A DNA stretch of 64,000 bases. Source: Candidatus Sulfotelmatobacter sp. GTDB taxonomy: Bacteria; Verrucomicrobiota; Verrucomicrobiia; Limisphaerales; UBA11358. Below are positions 1 through 8,516 of the stretch, piece after piece. Position 1 is the first letter of the stretch. Each line of letters begins with the position of its first letter. The position numbers and the translations under genes were made by a program. The stretch covers positions 1,621-65,620 of the forward strand of contig DATHOG010000166.1 of NCBI GenBank assembly GCA_035485115.1, given 5' to 3'. Below the pieces are notes generated by a model. That model had not been told where the DNA came from. It ran no database searches and saw nothing but the letters and a program-made list of their open reading frames with translations.

Positions 1-1
1 T

Positions 2-886
2 CGAGGCTTGCGGAAAGATGAACGGGCTGTAGCCGTCCAGCTTCACGGCCTCGACCTCCGTCGGCAGGCCGAGATGCAAAAATTCATGGGCGGTGTCAAA
101 TATGTGCGCCCCCCAGTCGCCGAGCGCTCCGTCCCCGAAATCGTACCATGAACGCCAGTCGCCGTTGACATAACCCACGTTGTATTTGTGCTCTTGCGCG
201 GTCGCAAGCCAGCATTCCCAATCCAGCGAGGCGGGGATGGGTTGTTCGGGCAGCAGGCCGTCCACTTTCATGCCGTGCCAGCGGCGGGAGCCGTTCATGA
301 ACGCCGTGATCCGGGTGACATTTTTGATGATGCCAGCCTCGGTCCAGGCCTTGAACTGGAAATAATTCGCTTCGGAATGTCCCTGGTTGCCCATCTGTGT
401 GACGACGCTGAACTTTTTTTCCGCCGCCATCATTTGCGTGATCTGCCGGTAGTTTTGGCCCATCGGCTTTTCGCAATAAACATGCTTGCCCAAGGACATC
501 GCCAGCATGGCGATGGGAAAATGCGAAAAATCCGGCGTGGCGACCAGGACTGCGTCGATGTCCTTGCCCATCTTGTCGAACATCTGGCGGAAGTCCTGAA
601 AGCGCGGCACGTCGGGCAACATCTTCAGCACCGGCAACGTATGCGGCGCGCCCATGTCCGTGTCGCAAAGCGCCACGATATTCGCCAATCCCGTGGCGTG
701 CAGCGCCTTCACATCGTCCTGGCCGCGATTCCCGATGCCGATACAGGCCAGGTTCACCTTGCCGGTCGTGCCTGCGGCCAAAAGGCGCGGGGCAAAATAG
801 GACGTAGCCCCGGCCATGACGGCCGTCTTCAAAAACGAGCGGCGGCGGATCGGCCGGGCGAAGCTTGAGGCGAGGTTCGGATTCAT
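2..886 (-). CDS. Gfo/Idh/MocA-family oxidoreductase with Tat signal (C-terminus runs off the window)
   Basis: Absent from the ORF track because it is open at the window edge. Hand translation from the ATG (complement of 884-886) gives MNPNLASSFARPIRRRSFLKTAVMAGATSYFAPRLLAAGTTGKVNLACIGIGNRGQDDVKAL...VLVATPDFSHFPIAMLAMSLGKHVYCEKPM. That is a twin-arginine leader, a Rossmann IGIGNRG and the family EKP motif. Listed ORFs 96..926(-) and 188..868(+) are shadow frames of this gene. Confidence 0.8.
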   Translation of the reverse strand, partial: MNPNLASSFARPIRRRSFLKTAVMAGATSYFAPRLLAAGTTGKVNLACIGIGNRGQDDVKALHATGLANIVALCDTDMGAPHTLPVLKMLPDVPRFQDFRQMFDKMGKDIDAVLVATPDFSHFPIAMLAMSLGKHVYCEKPMGQNYRQITQMMAAEKKFSVVTQMGNQGHSEANYFQFKAWTEAGIIKNVTRITAFMNGSRRWHGMKVDGLLPEQPIPASLDWECWLATAQEHKYNVGYVNGDWRSWYDFGDGALGDWGAHIFDTAHEFLHLGLPTEVEAVKLDGYSPFIFPQAS

Positions 887-906
887 ACAGCGTGGATTCG
901 TCTTGT

Positions 907-1707
907 TCAGTTGGCCGGCAGTTCACGGAGCTTCACGTTCTTGAATGAAGCCTCGCTGCCGTGTTCCTGCAACAAGATGTGACCGTCCGCCCATTCGCCG
1001 AAATCGGGAATGTTCTTGAATTTGCTGGCCGCGACCCGCGCACGAAAATCGTCCGAGCCACGTTCAAATTCCAGGGTCTTTTTGCCGTTCAACCAGAATT
1101 CCACGTGTTTGCCCTGCGACAGGATCCGCGCATGATTCCACTCGCCCATCGGCATCACCAGCTTGTCCTTCGGCGCCGGGATCAGGTCGTAGAGCGAGCC
1201 GATGGTGCGGTCGCCGTCATGCCCAAGCTTGGCATCCGGATGGTGCGCATCATCGAGGATCTGGAATTCCATGCCGATGGCCGAGCCTTTCGCCGTCGGT
1301 TTGCCGGTGACCTTGTCGATCGGCGAGATGTCCGGCTGCACAAAAATTTTGATGCCGCTATTGCAGCCGTACGTGCACTTGAAATCGGCGGTGAGTTCGA
1401 AATTGGCATAGCGCTCGCGCGTGATGATATCGCCGCCCGTTTGGGACTCGGCTTCCCCGTTGTCAAATCCGGTGTCCACCGTCAGCACACCATCATGGAT
1501 CGTCCAGCTCTTGGTCGGAAAGCTCTCGGACTGCGGGCTGCGCCAGCCATCGGTCGTCTGGCCGTCCCACAACAGTTTCCAGCCCGCCGCCTTTTCCTGC
1601 GCGGTCAAGGTGTTCGGAGCCGGTTCATGAATTTGGATTTGCGCGCACGCCTGCAGGGCCGCACAACAAAGCGCCAGGGAAATGGTTTGAAAATGACGAT
1701 GGTTCAT
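907..1707 (-). CDS. DUF1080 (3-keto-disaccharide hydrolase-like) secreted protein
   Basis: 266-aa ORF with a signal peptide (MNHRHFQTISLALCCAALQACA). Shows GWKLLWDGQTTDGW near the N-terminus, NSGIKIF, EFQILDD, and the family-typical C-terminus GHILLQEHGSEASFKNVKLREL. Confidence 0.85.
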   Translation of the reverse strand: MNHRHFQTISLALCCAALQACAQIQIHEPAPNTLTAQEKAAGWKLLWDGQTTDGWRSPQSESFPTKSWTIHDGVLTVDTGFDNGEAESQTGGDIITRERYANFELTADFKCTYGCNSGIKIFVQPDISPIDKVTGKPTAKGSAIGMEFQILDDAHHPDAKLGHDGDRTIGSLYDLIPAPKDKLVMPMGEWNHARILSQGKHVEFWLNGKKTLEFERGSDDFRARVAASKFKNIPDFGEWADGHILLQEHGSEASFKNVKLRELPAN

Positions 1708-1818
1708 TCGACAGTGTGTTGAGTTCAGAGATTTAGTTGATTGTGCCGATATTTGCCGCCGGGCGCACTAGTATAAACATACGACATCGAAAACCCGGTG
1801 CGGAGTTGCGGTAACAAC

Positions 1819-1833
1819 GGGATAGAGGGGCGC
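1819..1833 (-). promoter_or_regulatory. Half-site resembling the CCCCTCTA motif (site D) upstream of the DUF1080 gene
   Basis: The minus strand reads GCGCCCCTCTATCCC, compared with site C GCGCCCCCTCTAAATAGGGA. Lies 112-126 nt upstream of the DUF1080 start. Confidence 0.2.
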
Positions 1834-1905
1834 GAGCGGGAAAAGGTTTCACCCAACAGTGATCTTGAGCGCGCAAGTCACGGGCAAATATCCGGCACGG
1901 TCCGT

Positions 1906-3468
1906 TTATTGGGGCTGGCTGGAAAACGATTCAAAGACCGCTTCTGCGTCAGCCGGTCCGCCAGCCGTCAAGGCCACGCGAACCGCGCGATCCCAGGGCG
2001 GCAGATTTTTGGCATCGGTGGCGTTGCCGCACGGAATCCATTGTTTGCCGTCCGCACTCGCTGAAAGTTGGAAATGGAAACCCTGGCTCGATTCGAGCCG
2101 TAAAAATAATCTGTCGCCGACGGGAGCCGGCTGCCGTGACAAGTCGCGGATCCGCCCGCGCTCACGCCGCCATACCACAATATTGCCATCTTCCACCGCC
2201 GCACCCACGGCATTGTCGATGTCGCCAAAAGCGCAGATTCCCGCTGAAGCATTGGTTTGCAGCAAAGAAGTATCAATGACGGCGGTGACGGTGTAATCCA
2301 GTGCCGTCGTCGAACGGGCCAGCACCGCCGAAAGAAAATCAGAACGACCGGCGCCGGCAAACAGATGCAGTTTGCCGTGTGCCAGTTGGTATCGCGGCTC
2401 GCGATGCTGCGGCCATTGCCAGCCGGCCTCCAGTTTTTTCCCGCGAAAGGTATCGGTGAAATTTATATCGGTGACCTTTTTCTGCCCGGCGCCGAAGGGG
2501 GAAGCTGCCGAGATGCTCGGGCCTTTTCCGTGATTGAGGGTCGGCCAGTCGTCCCGGCCGAATAAAACTTCATCCAGCATCGCCTCCCGGCCCGTGAAAA
2601 TTGTCCCGGTGGTGGAATAGGCGTGATACAGGAAAAAATATCTGCCTTGTTCATCCTGCACGATGCTGCCATGACCGGGACATTTCCAGGCCGCGTTGCC
2701 GGTCAGGATCGGATTGGCCGGATTTTTTTCCCACGGACCAAAGAGTGAATGCGCGCGTGCCACCCCGAGCGCATAATTGCAATCCGCGCCGCAACAGCCA
2801 TTGCCGGAGTAAAAAAGATAAAACCAGTCGCCGCGTCGCAAAATGAACGGTCCCTCGACCAGGCCACCCTCCCACTTCGTATCGTTGCGAATAAGTTCAT
2901 GCAGTTCGTCCACGAGCTTGGTGCCGTCATCATTCAACCGTTGCAACCAGATCGGGGTCGGCTGGTTTCGGCTGTTGCCGTCCTCTTTCCAGATAAGATA
3001 GCGCACGCCGTTCGTATCGATCACCGGCGCGGGATCGATCGAGCCGTCACCCTGCGCGATGATCGGGCCGTGGTCGGTGTAGGGTCCGCCGGGTTTGTCT
3101 GCCGTCGCCACCGCAACGGCGAGATGTCCGTCATGTTGGCGGGCCACGAAGTAGACAAAGAACTTTCCATCAAATTCCGAGATTTCCGGCGCCCAAAAAT
3201 CCCCGGTCGCCCAGTCCGGACGGTGCGGCAGCACCGCTCCAGTCTGTTCCCAATTCACCAGATCGCGCGAGTGGAGCAGCGGAAACAGCGGCCCCCACGC
3301 CGATGACGTGCAGGTAGCCCAATAATCTTTTCCTACACGGATGATGGACGGATCCGGATGATCGCCGCGAATCACCGGGTTTTCATAGGTCACTTCCGCC
3401 ATGGTTGGCGCGACCAGCCCGGCCAGTAATATCCCTAGGGCCGATAAATATTTTAACGGAGGAAACAT
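1906..3468 (-). CDS. GH43 beta-xylosidase/alpha-L-arabinofuranosidase with C-terminal ConA-like domain
   Basis: 520 aa with a signal peptide. Contains NPVIRGDHPDPSIIRVGKDYW, FWAPEI, GSIDPAPVID and EGPFILRRGDWFYLFYS, typical of the GH43 five-bladed propeller. About 180 aa of C-terminal beta-sandwich follow. Confidence 0.85.
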   Translation of the reverse strand: MFPPLKYLSALGILLAGLVAPTMAEVTYENPVIRGDHPDPSIIRVGKDYWATCTSSAWGPLFPLLHSRDLVNWEQTGAVLPHRPDWATGDFWAPEISEFDGKFFVYFVARQHDGHLAVAVATADKPGGPYTDHGPIIAQGDGSIDPAPVIDTNGVRYLIWKEDGNSRNQPTPIWLQRLNDDGTKLVDELHELIRNDTKWEGGLVEGPFILRRGDWFYLFYSGNGCCGADCNYALGVARAHSLFGPWEKNPANPILTGNAAWKCPGHGSIVQDEQGRYFFLYHAYSTTGTIFTGREAMLDEVLFGRDDWPTLNHGKGPSISAASPFGAGQKKVTDINFTDTFRGKKLEAGWQWPQHREPRYQLAHGKLHLFAGAGRSDFLSAVLARSTTALDYTVTAVIDTSLLQTNASAGICAFGDIDNAVGAAVEDGNIVVWRRERGRIRDLSRQPAPVGDRLFLRLESSQGFHFQLSASADGKQWIPCGNATDAKNLPPWDRAVRVALTAGGPADAEAVFESFSSQPQ

Positions 3469-3507
3469 AATGTATTTCTCGCGGCTGGCATGGTGGCGCC
3501 AAAAAAA

Positions 3508-4923
3508 TCAGTCCAGCAGATGCGGATGTTCGTTGAAGGTTTTCAAGACCAGTTCACCGAAGATGGTGTTGGCCCAGGCGAACCACTTGCGCGTAAATTT
3601 TTTAGGATCGTCCTGGTTGAACGCTTCATGCATGAATCCGGTGCCGGCATGGGTCGTTTGCAAGGTGGTCAGGCAGCGTTGCAATTCCGCCTCATCCGTC
3701 GCCGTGAGGCCTTCGATGATCAGGCCGAGCGGCCAGATCATGCCCGTGCCGACGTGCGGCCCGCCGAGCCCGCTGGCCGCCTTGCCCACGCACCAGTACG
3801 GATTCTCCGGCGAGAGCAGCAGACGCCGGGTGTTCCGATAAATTTTATCGTGCGCCGCGACCGCGCCGAGATACGGCAGCGACAACAGGTTGGGGATGTT
3901 GCCGTCGTCGGTGCAGTAATAGTTTCCAAATGCATCCACTTCAAAGGCGTATACCTTTCCAGCTTTCGGATGATTGACGATGGCGTATTCGTGCAAGGCC
4001 GCCGCTACTTCGTCCGCCAGTGCTAGGCATTGCTTCGCGAGGTCGGTGTCCTGACGCAGTTGTTCCACCATCTCCGCCGCCTGCCGCAAGCTGACGACGG
4101 CGAAAAAGTTCGACGGCACAAGAAACGGAAAGATGGTCGAATCATCGCTGGGACGAAACATGGAATAAATCAGGCCGACGGGTTTGGCCGGATTGCCGTA
4201 GCCGTTGCCGGGCAGCGTATCGGTCTGCTTGTCAGTGAGGCGCTTGAAATGATACGGGCCGTGATTTTCCTTCCGCTGCTGTTCGCGGAAGGTCTGCAAA
4301 ATCAACTTGATGGCGTTATGCCATGCATCGTCAAACGGGGAGGCGTCGCCGGAATTTTTCCAGTAGCCGTGTGCCAGACGGATGGTGTAGCACAGCGAGT
4401 CAACCTCCCATTTACGTTCGTGCACGCCGGGTTTCATGTCCGTGAAGTCGCTCTTCCAGGGGCTGATTTTAGTTTCGTCCTTGTAGAAGGCGTTCGCGTA
4501 CGGATCGAGCAGTACGTTGCGCGTCTGGCGGTTGATGACGCCGGCGACGAGTTGCTGAAGTTGCGGGTCCTCCTTCATCAGGGGCAGATACGGATAGACC
4601 TGCGCCGAGCTGTCGCGCAGCCACATGGCATCGATGTCACCGGTGATGACGTAAGTGTCGGGACGACCGTTGACCATCGTAAAATCCACGGTGGTATCGA
4701 TGGTGTTCGGAAAACAGTTGCCGAACATCCACGCGATTTCCTTGTTGCCGATGGATGATTGGATTTTTTCAACGGCTTTTTCTACCGCGGCACTTTTGAA
4801 TTTTCGTTTATCTTCCGGGGTGCGGACCACCGGGAAACCATTTTCGGCCGCATACAAGGCGGGGGTGAAAGCGGTGGCCGAGGCCAGCAGGGCGGTGCGT
4901 TGGATAAATTCGCGTCGGTTCAT
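3508..4923 (-). CDS. GH125 (DUF1237) exo-alpha-1,6-mannosidase family protein
   Basis: 471 aa with a Tat-like leader MNRREFIQRTALLASATAFTPALYA. The ITGDIDAMWLRDSSAQVYPYL motif and an alpha/alpha-barrel-sized body are typical of GH125. Confidence 0.8.
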   Translation of the reverse strand: MNRREFIQRTALLASATAFTPALYAAENGFPVVRTPEDKRKFKSAAVEKAVEKIQSSIGNKEIAWMFGNCFPNTIDTTVDFTMVNGRPDTYVITGDIDAMWLRDSSAQVYPYLPLMKEDPQLQQLVAGVINRQTRNVLLDPYANAFYKDETKISPWKSDFTDMKPGVHERKWEVDSLCYTIRLAHGYWKNSGDASPFDDAWHNAIKLILQTFREQQRKENHGPYHFKRLTDKQTDTLPGNGYGNPAKPVGLIYSMFRPSDDSTIFPFLVPSNFFAVVSLRQAAEMVEQLRQDTDLAKQCLALADEVAAALHEYAIVNHPKAGKVYAFEVDAFGNYYCTDDGNIPNLLSLPYLGAVAAHDKIYRNTRRLLLSPENPYWCVGKAASGLGGPHVGTGMIWPLGLIIEGLTATDEAELQRCLTTLQTTHAGTGFMHEAFNQDDPKKFTRKWFAWANTIFGELVLKTFNEHPHLLD

Positions 4924-4989
4924 GCGGGCATTATGCCGGTTATATCATCGCACGCCAAATACGTAAATATTGGACGCCGCGAAATTCAA

Positions 4990-7900
4990 TCACTGAATCT
5001 GTACCCGATAAAATCTTGTGTTCGCGCCCGGCGGGTCGTTGAAGGTTTGCATGAAATTATTTCCCGCCAGCGCGCTGCCGAGCGGCAGCCAGGTGGGATC
5101 GGTCAATTGATTTTTATAAAGCACCTGATAATTGAATCCGGCTTGCGTGGGAAATGAGATCGATACATTGGTTCCGTTCGGGGCCGCGCTGGCGGCGAAA
5201 ATTGGAATCAACATCAGGAAATTAGCGTTGCAATCCGCCGTGGCTGAACCGGGTCGCACCAGCCGCAACGTATTGGTCGATCCATCGAGCTTCACTGTCA
5301 CGAGGTTCCCGGAATTATCTTTCAACGGGATATAACCATAAGTTTCCCACGCGGTGTTCGGGATGGAAAAAGTTCCCAGCAGGTTGGTTGTCTGACTGGT
5401 TGTGCCCCAGCCGCCAGTCACGCGTGAAAGAGTGCAGGTCGTCGCGCCGCCGCCGGCCGCCAGCCGCGCATAGAGATTGTAACTGCCCGCCGGAAAATGC
5501 CGGGTATAGTTCGCCCAGGCCCCGGCGCTGAAATATCCAATGCTGTAATCCGTCTTTCCGGTGCCGATGTAAGGCGGGCTGACTAGATCACCGTTGACCT
5601 CCGTGTCCATGCCGTTCTTGCGGTAAATATCCGTTCCAGCAAAATTGACCTGGTGGGTGTCCACATTGGTGATCGAAACCAATCCGGCATAGGCGTTGGT
5701 TTGCGGATTATCAATGTAATGCCCGCCGTTGTAATCGAAATCTTCCGCCTGCAGCACATAATTTCCAAAACTGAAAGTGTCAAAGGAACTGGTCATGGTG
5801 GCGACGTTCCCGTTCGTGTCGGTGGCGGTGATCACCGCCGTATAAACGGTGTTCGGCGCAAGCGGACAACCGACATTCCAGTTGGTGCTCGAGCCGCTAA
5901 AGACCAGGTTGCTCGCCACGATGCCGTTCAAGGTCACGATGATATTACTGGTGGCGATTCCCGCACCGGCCGCCAGATTGAAACTCAAAGTGTTGGTGGA
6001 CTGGCATAGGTTGGTGCCGTTGGGATAGACCGACGAGATTATCGGGATGCCCGGTCCCGAATAGCTGAAGGCCGCCTGCAAAGATTTCCCCGCCGAGCCG
6101 TTGACGTTGGCTGAAAAAATGACCTGCGGCGAAAGCTGCTGTACAGTGATGCCGGGATCAGCCGACAACAGGCCGACCGCCGCCCGATTGAGCGTCACCG
6201 TGATGGAGCCGGAGTTGGTTTGCGTCGGATCGGAAACGCCGATGGAAATCCCGTTTGTATTTTCCCAGGTGATCACCGAAGACTTGTTGTTCACGGAAAT
6301 CAAATCGGCGGAACTGTTTCCATTCGTCCAGAAATTCGCCGCCACCACCCCGAGCGAAACCTTTTTCACCGCCTGCACCGCCGGCGTATTGCTCAAGATC
6401 AGGATATCCGGCGCGTTCGCATAATTGCTGACGGTGGTCGTCGTGGCGTTCGGCAAGATGATGTAGGAATAAGATGCGTTGGTCGGAGTTGTGCCGTGGT
6501 GATAACAAAGCCGGAAGTAATCGTCGGTGCGGCTGGTGGAATCGTCGCCGGAATTGATTTGCGACCATGACCCGGTGTTGGCCGTAAACGACGCGACCAA
6601 GTTGGAATTGCCCGCCGGAATATAATATCCGCCGGTGCCGCTCAACGCGCACCATGACGCCGTGGCAACCGGCAGATTGGAACTCCAGCCCGTGGCCGGC
6701 GTGATGTTCGTGCCGTTGAGCGTGAACGTTTGCGTGATCGGATTTCCCAGCCGGCGGTTTTCCGCCGTCGTGTCCACGCCGGTGGCATCGCCGCAGGTGA
6801 TGCCCGCACCGAGGCAGACGATTTCGTTGTCGAGCATAAACCACGATTTTCTGCCGCTGACCGTGGTGCTCAATGGATGCAGCGACATGCCGGCGACGCC
6901 GTAAGTTTTGGCGACCTGCGCACCGCCGACCCAGTTCTGGTCGGTCGTCTTCGTTTGATTGGCGGAATTACCAAGCGTGTTGGTCTCCGCCGTGGTGCCG
7001 GGCAGATGATACGGATCAACCGTCGGCCAGAAATCGCTATTGAACTGGTTTTCCGTGCTGCCAATATAGAGATAATTCATGCCATCGCCCTGATGCCAGC
7101 CGTGCAGGTTGCCGCTGTTGATGGATTCATAATCCGCCGTGCGACTGGACTCCATGCTGATGGCGAAGCCGAAGCCGCTGCGCAAGGCTACTTCGCGACC
7201 CATGCTTGGGAAATGAAATTGTCCCGAGGCCAGGCGCGGGGAATTGATGAAATTGGTGAAGGCCGTGCCGATGGCCGGCGGCGCGAATTGTCCGATCTGC
7301 CCCATCGCCCCAAGCGTGCTCGAGCCGTCCCCGGATTCCGTTTCATAGGACCACGAGACGATCCGGCCGCGCACGGTGTCCATCATCGTTCCGTTGTAGA
7401 GAAACGGCTCGAAGGAATTGGTCACCCAGGCATAGACGTTGGCCAGGTTCGGGTCGGTGATTTTCCAATCGGTCGAGTTTTGCAAGAGGTCAACAATTTC
7501 CGGAATGTCGCCGAGCAAGACCAGCCCGTAATGGCCATTGTAAGCAATGCCGTCGATCGTGCCGTTGGAGTGAAAGACGAATGAGCCGTCGCTATAAAAA
7601 CCATCTCCCGTGGTCACGTACAAAAACACCGGGCTGAGATTGGTCTGGGCCGTGACCATGCTGTTGGTGCTCCGCCCGGCGATGCCGCGCAGCAACATGA
7701 CGAGCCCCTTGTCCGAAGTGTTGGCCCCGGTCATCCAGCCAAAGGTCGCATACGGGCTATAGGGATTAAAGTGATCGATCGAGACGCAGTAATTGGTGAT
7801 TTGGGTTCCCGTCAACGCCGGATAAAGCAGGAGCATCGCATCGTCCAGCGCCATGGGTCCGCTGTCTTCCCAATGAAACCAGTTGTCGTATTCGGTCGCG

Positions 7901-8274
7901 GTCGTGGTGTACACGTTTGTCGTCATCCAGTCCAACCCGCCGCCCACGGCGGCGGCCAGGCTGGAATTTCCCTGCAACGAACTGCCGGGCGTCGCATAGG
8001 CCAAGGCCATCGCCTGCAAACGCTGGAAGGTGCCGGTGATATTCGCTGACACCGAGCCGAGCGGCAGATCACTCCAGAGATAGGTGCGCGTGGGACTGGT
8101 GTTCATGCTGCTCCAGTCGCTGTTCGCCGTGCTGGTGATGCTCGAAACGCCGCCCCCGTTGTTGATCAGATAATTCTGCCAGTACGTCCGCAACGTATCG
8201 AATTCATCCGCGCGCAAATAATTCAGGCCCGGCAGGAGCAGAAGATACAGGAGGCAAAAGATTTTTATTTTCAT
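4990..8274 (-). CDS. Multidomain polysaccharide lyase family 8 (hyaluronate/chondroitin/xanthan-lyase fold) with Ig-like repeats, a CBM-like module and a conserved C-terminal tail domain
   Basis: 1094 aa with a signal peptide. The PL8 core signature is DGSFVFHSNGTIDGIAYNGHYG plus ...NLHGWHQGDGMNYLY...WPTVDPYHLPGTT. The C-terminal third contains YVLQAEDFDYNGGHYIDNP...WANYTRHFPAGSYNLYARLAAGGG...NFLMLIP and ends in ...NTRFYRVQIQ. Confidence 0.8.
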   Translation of the reverse strand: MKIKIFCLLYLLLLPGLNYLRADEFDTLRTYWQNYLINNGGGVSSITSTANSDWSSMNTSPTRTYLWSDLPLGSVSANITGTFQRLQAMALAYATPGSSLQGNSSLAAAVGGGLDWMTTNVYTTTATEYDNWFHWEDSGPMALDDAMLLLYPALTGTQITNYCVSIDHFNPYSPYATFGWMTGANTSDKGLVMLLRGIAGRSTNSMVTAQTNLSPVFLYVTTGDGFYSDGSFVFHSNGTIDGIAYNGHYGLVLLGDIPEIVDLLQNSTDWKITDPNLANVYAWVTNSFEPFLYNGTMMDTVRGRIVSWSYETESGDGSSTLGAMGQIGQFAPPAIGTAFTNFINSPRLASGQFHFPSMGREVALRSGFGFAISMESSRTADYESINSGNLHGWHQGDGMNYLYIGSTENQFNSDFWPTVDPYHLPGTTAETNTLGNSANQTKTTDQNWVGGAQVAKTYGVAGMSLHPLSTTVSGRKSWFMLDNEIVCLGAGITCGDATGVDTTAENRRLGNPITQTFTLNGTNITPATGWSSNLPVATASWCALSGTGGYYIPAGNSNLVASFTANTGSWSQINSGDDSTSRTDDYFRLCYHHGTTPTNASYSYIILPNATTTTVSNYANAPDILILSNTPAVQAVKKVSLGVVAANFWTNGNSSADLISVNNKSSVITWENTNGISIGVSDPTQTNSGSITVTLNRAAVGLLSADPGITVQQLSPQVIFSANVNGSAGKSLQAAFSYSGPGIPIISSVYPNGTNLCQSTNTLSFNLAAGAGIATSNIIVTLNGIVASNLVFSGSSTNWNVGCPLAPNTVYTAVITATDTNGNVATMTSSFDTFSFGNYVLQAEDFDYNGGHYIDNPQTNAYAGLVSITNVDTHQVNFAGTDIYRKNGMDTEVNGDLVSPPYIGTGKTDYSIGYFSAGAWANYTRHFPAGSYNLYARLAAGGGATTCTLSRVTGGWGTTSQTTNLLGTFSIPNTAWETYGYIPLKDNSGNLVTVKLDGSTNTLRLVRPGSATADCNANFLMLIPIFAASAAPNGTNVSISFPTQAGFNYQVLYKNQLTDPTWLPLGSALAGNNFMQTFNDPPGANTRFYRVQIQ

Positions 8275-8401
8275 TCAGCAGGCGGATGGAAGGGCGGATA
8301 AAAAAATTACGGGATATATCAGGGCAAAAAAGAGCCGGCCCGGCTGGCGGATGGGAAATTCATTGGACCTTGCTAAGTTGACACAGCTTGCCGCCCGAGT
8401 C

Positions 8402-8447
8402 ACCCCCCTCCAAAGAGGGGGTGGCTGGACTAGGGTGGATTTGTTTT
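8402..8447. promoter_or_regulatory. Recurrent inverted-repeat motif CCCCCTC-CAAA-GAGGGGG (site A) between divergent PL8 and GH5 genes
   Basis: Perfect 7-bp arms at 8404-8410 and 8415-8421, followed by ...GGTGGATTTGTT, which resembles site C at 21398-21410. Function is unknown; it could be an operator, a promoter element or a REP-like element. Confidence 0.35.
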
Positions 8448-8516
8448 ACTGTCAAAGCGCTATGCCAGCTTTTGGAGGTCCATTTCAACTGGCTGGCATC
8501 CAGCAGAGAGAAAAAT

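Noticed and set aside
96-926. 276-aa minus-strand ORF, and the 226-aa plus-strand ORF 188..868
   Set aside because: Arg/Gly/His-rich, low-complexity translations. A third frame on the minus strand gives a clean Gfo/Idh/MocA protein with a Tat signal, so these are shadow ORFs of a GC-rich gene.
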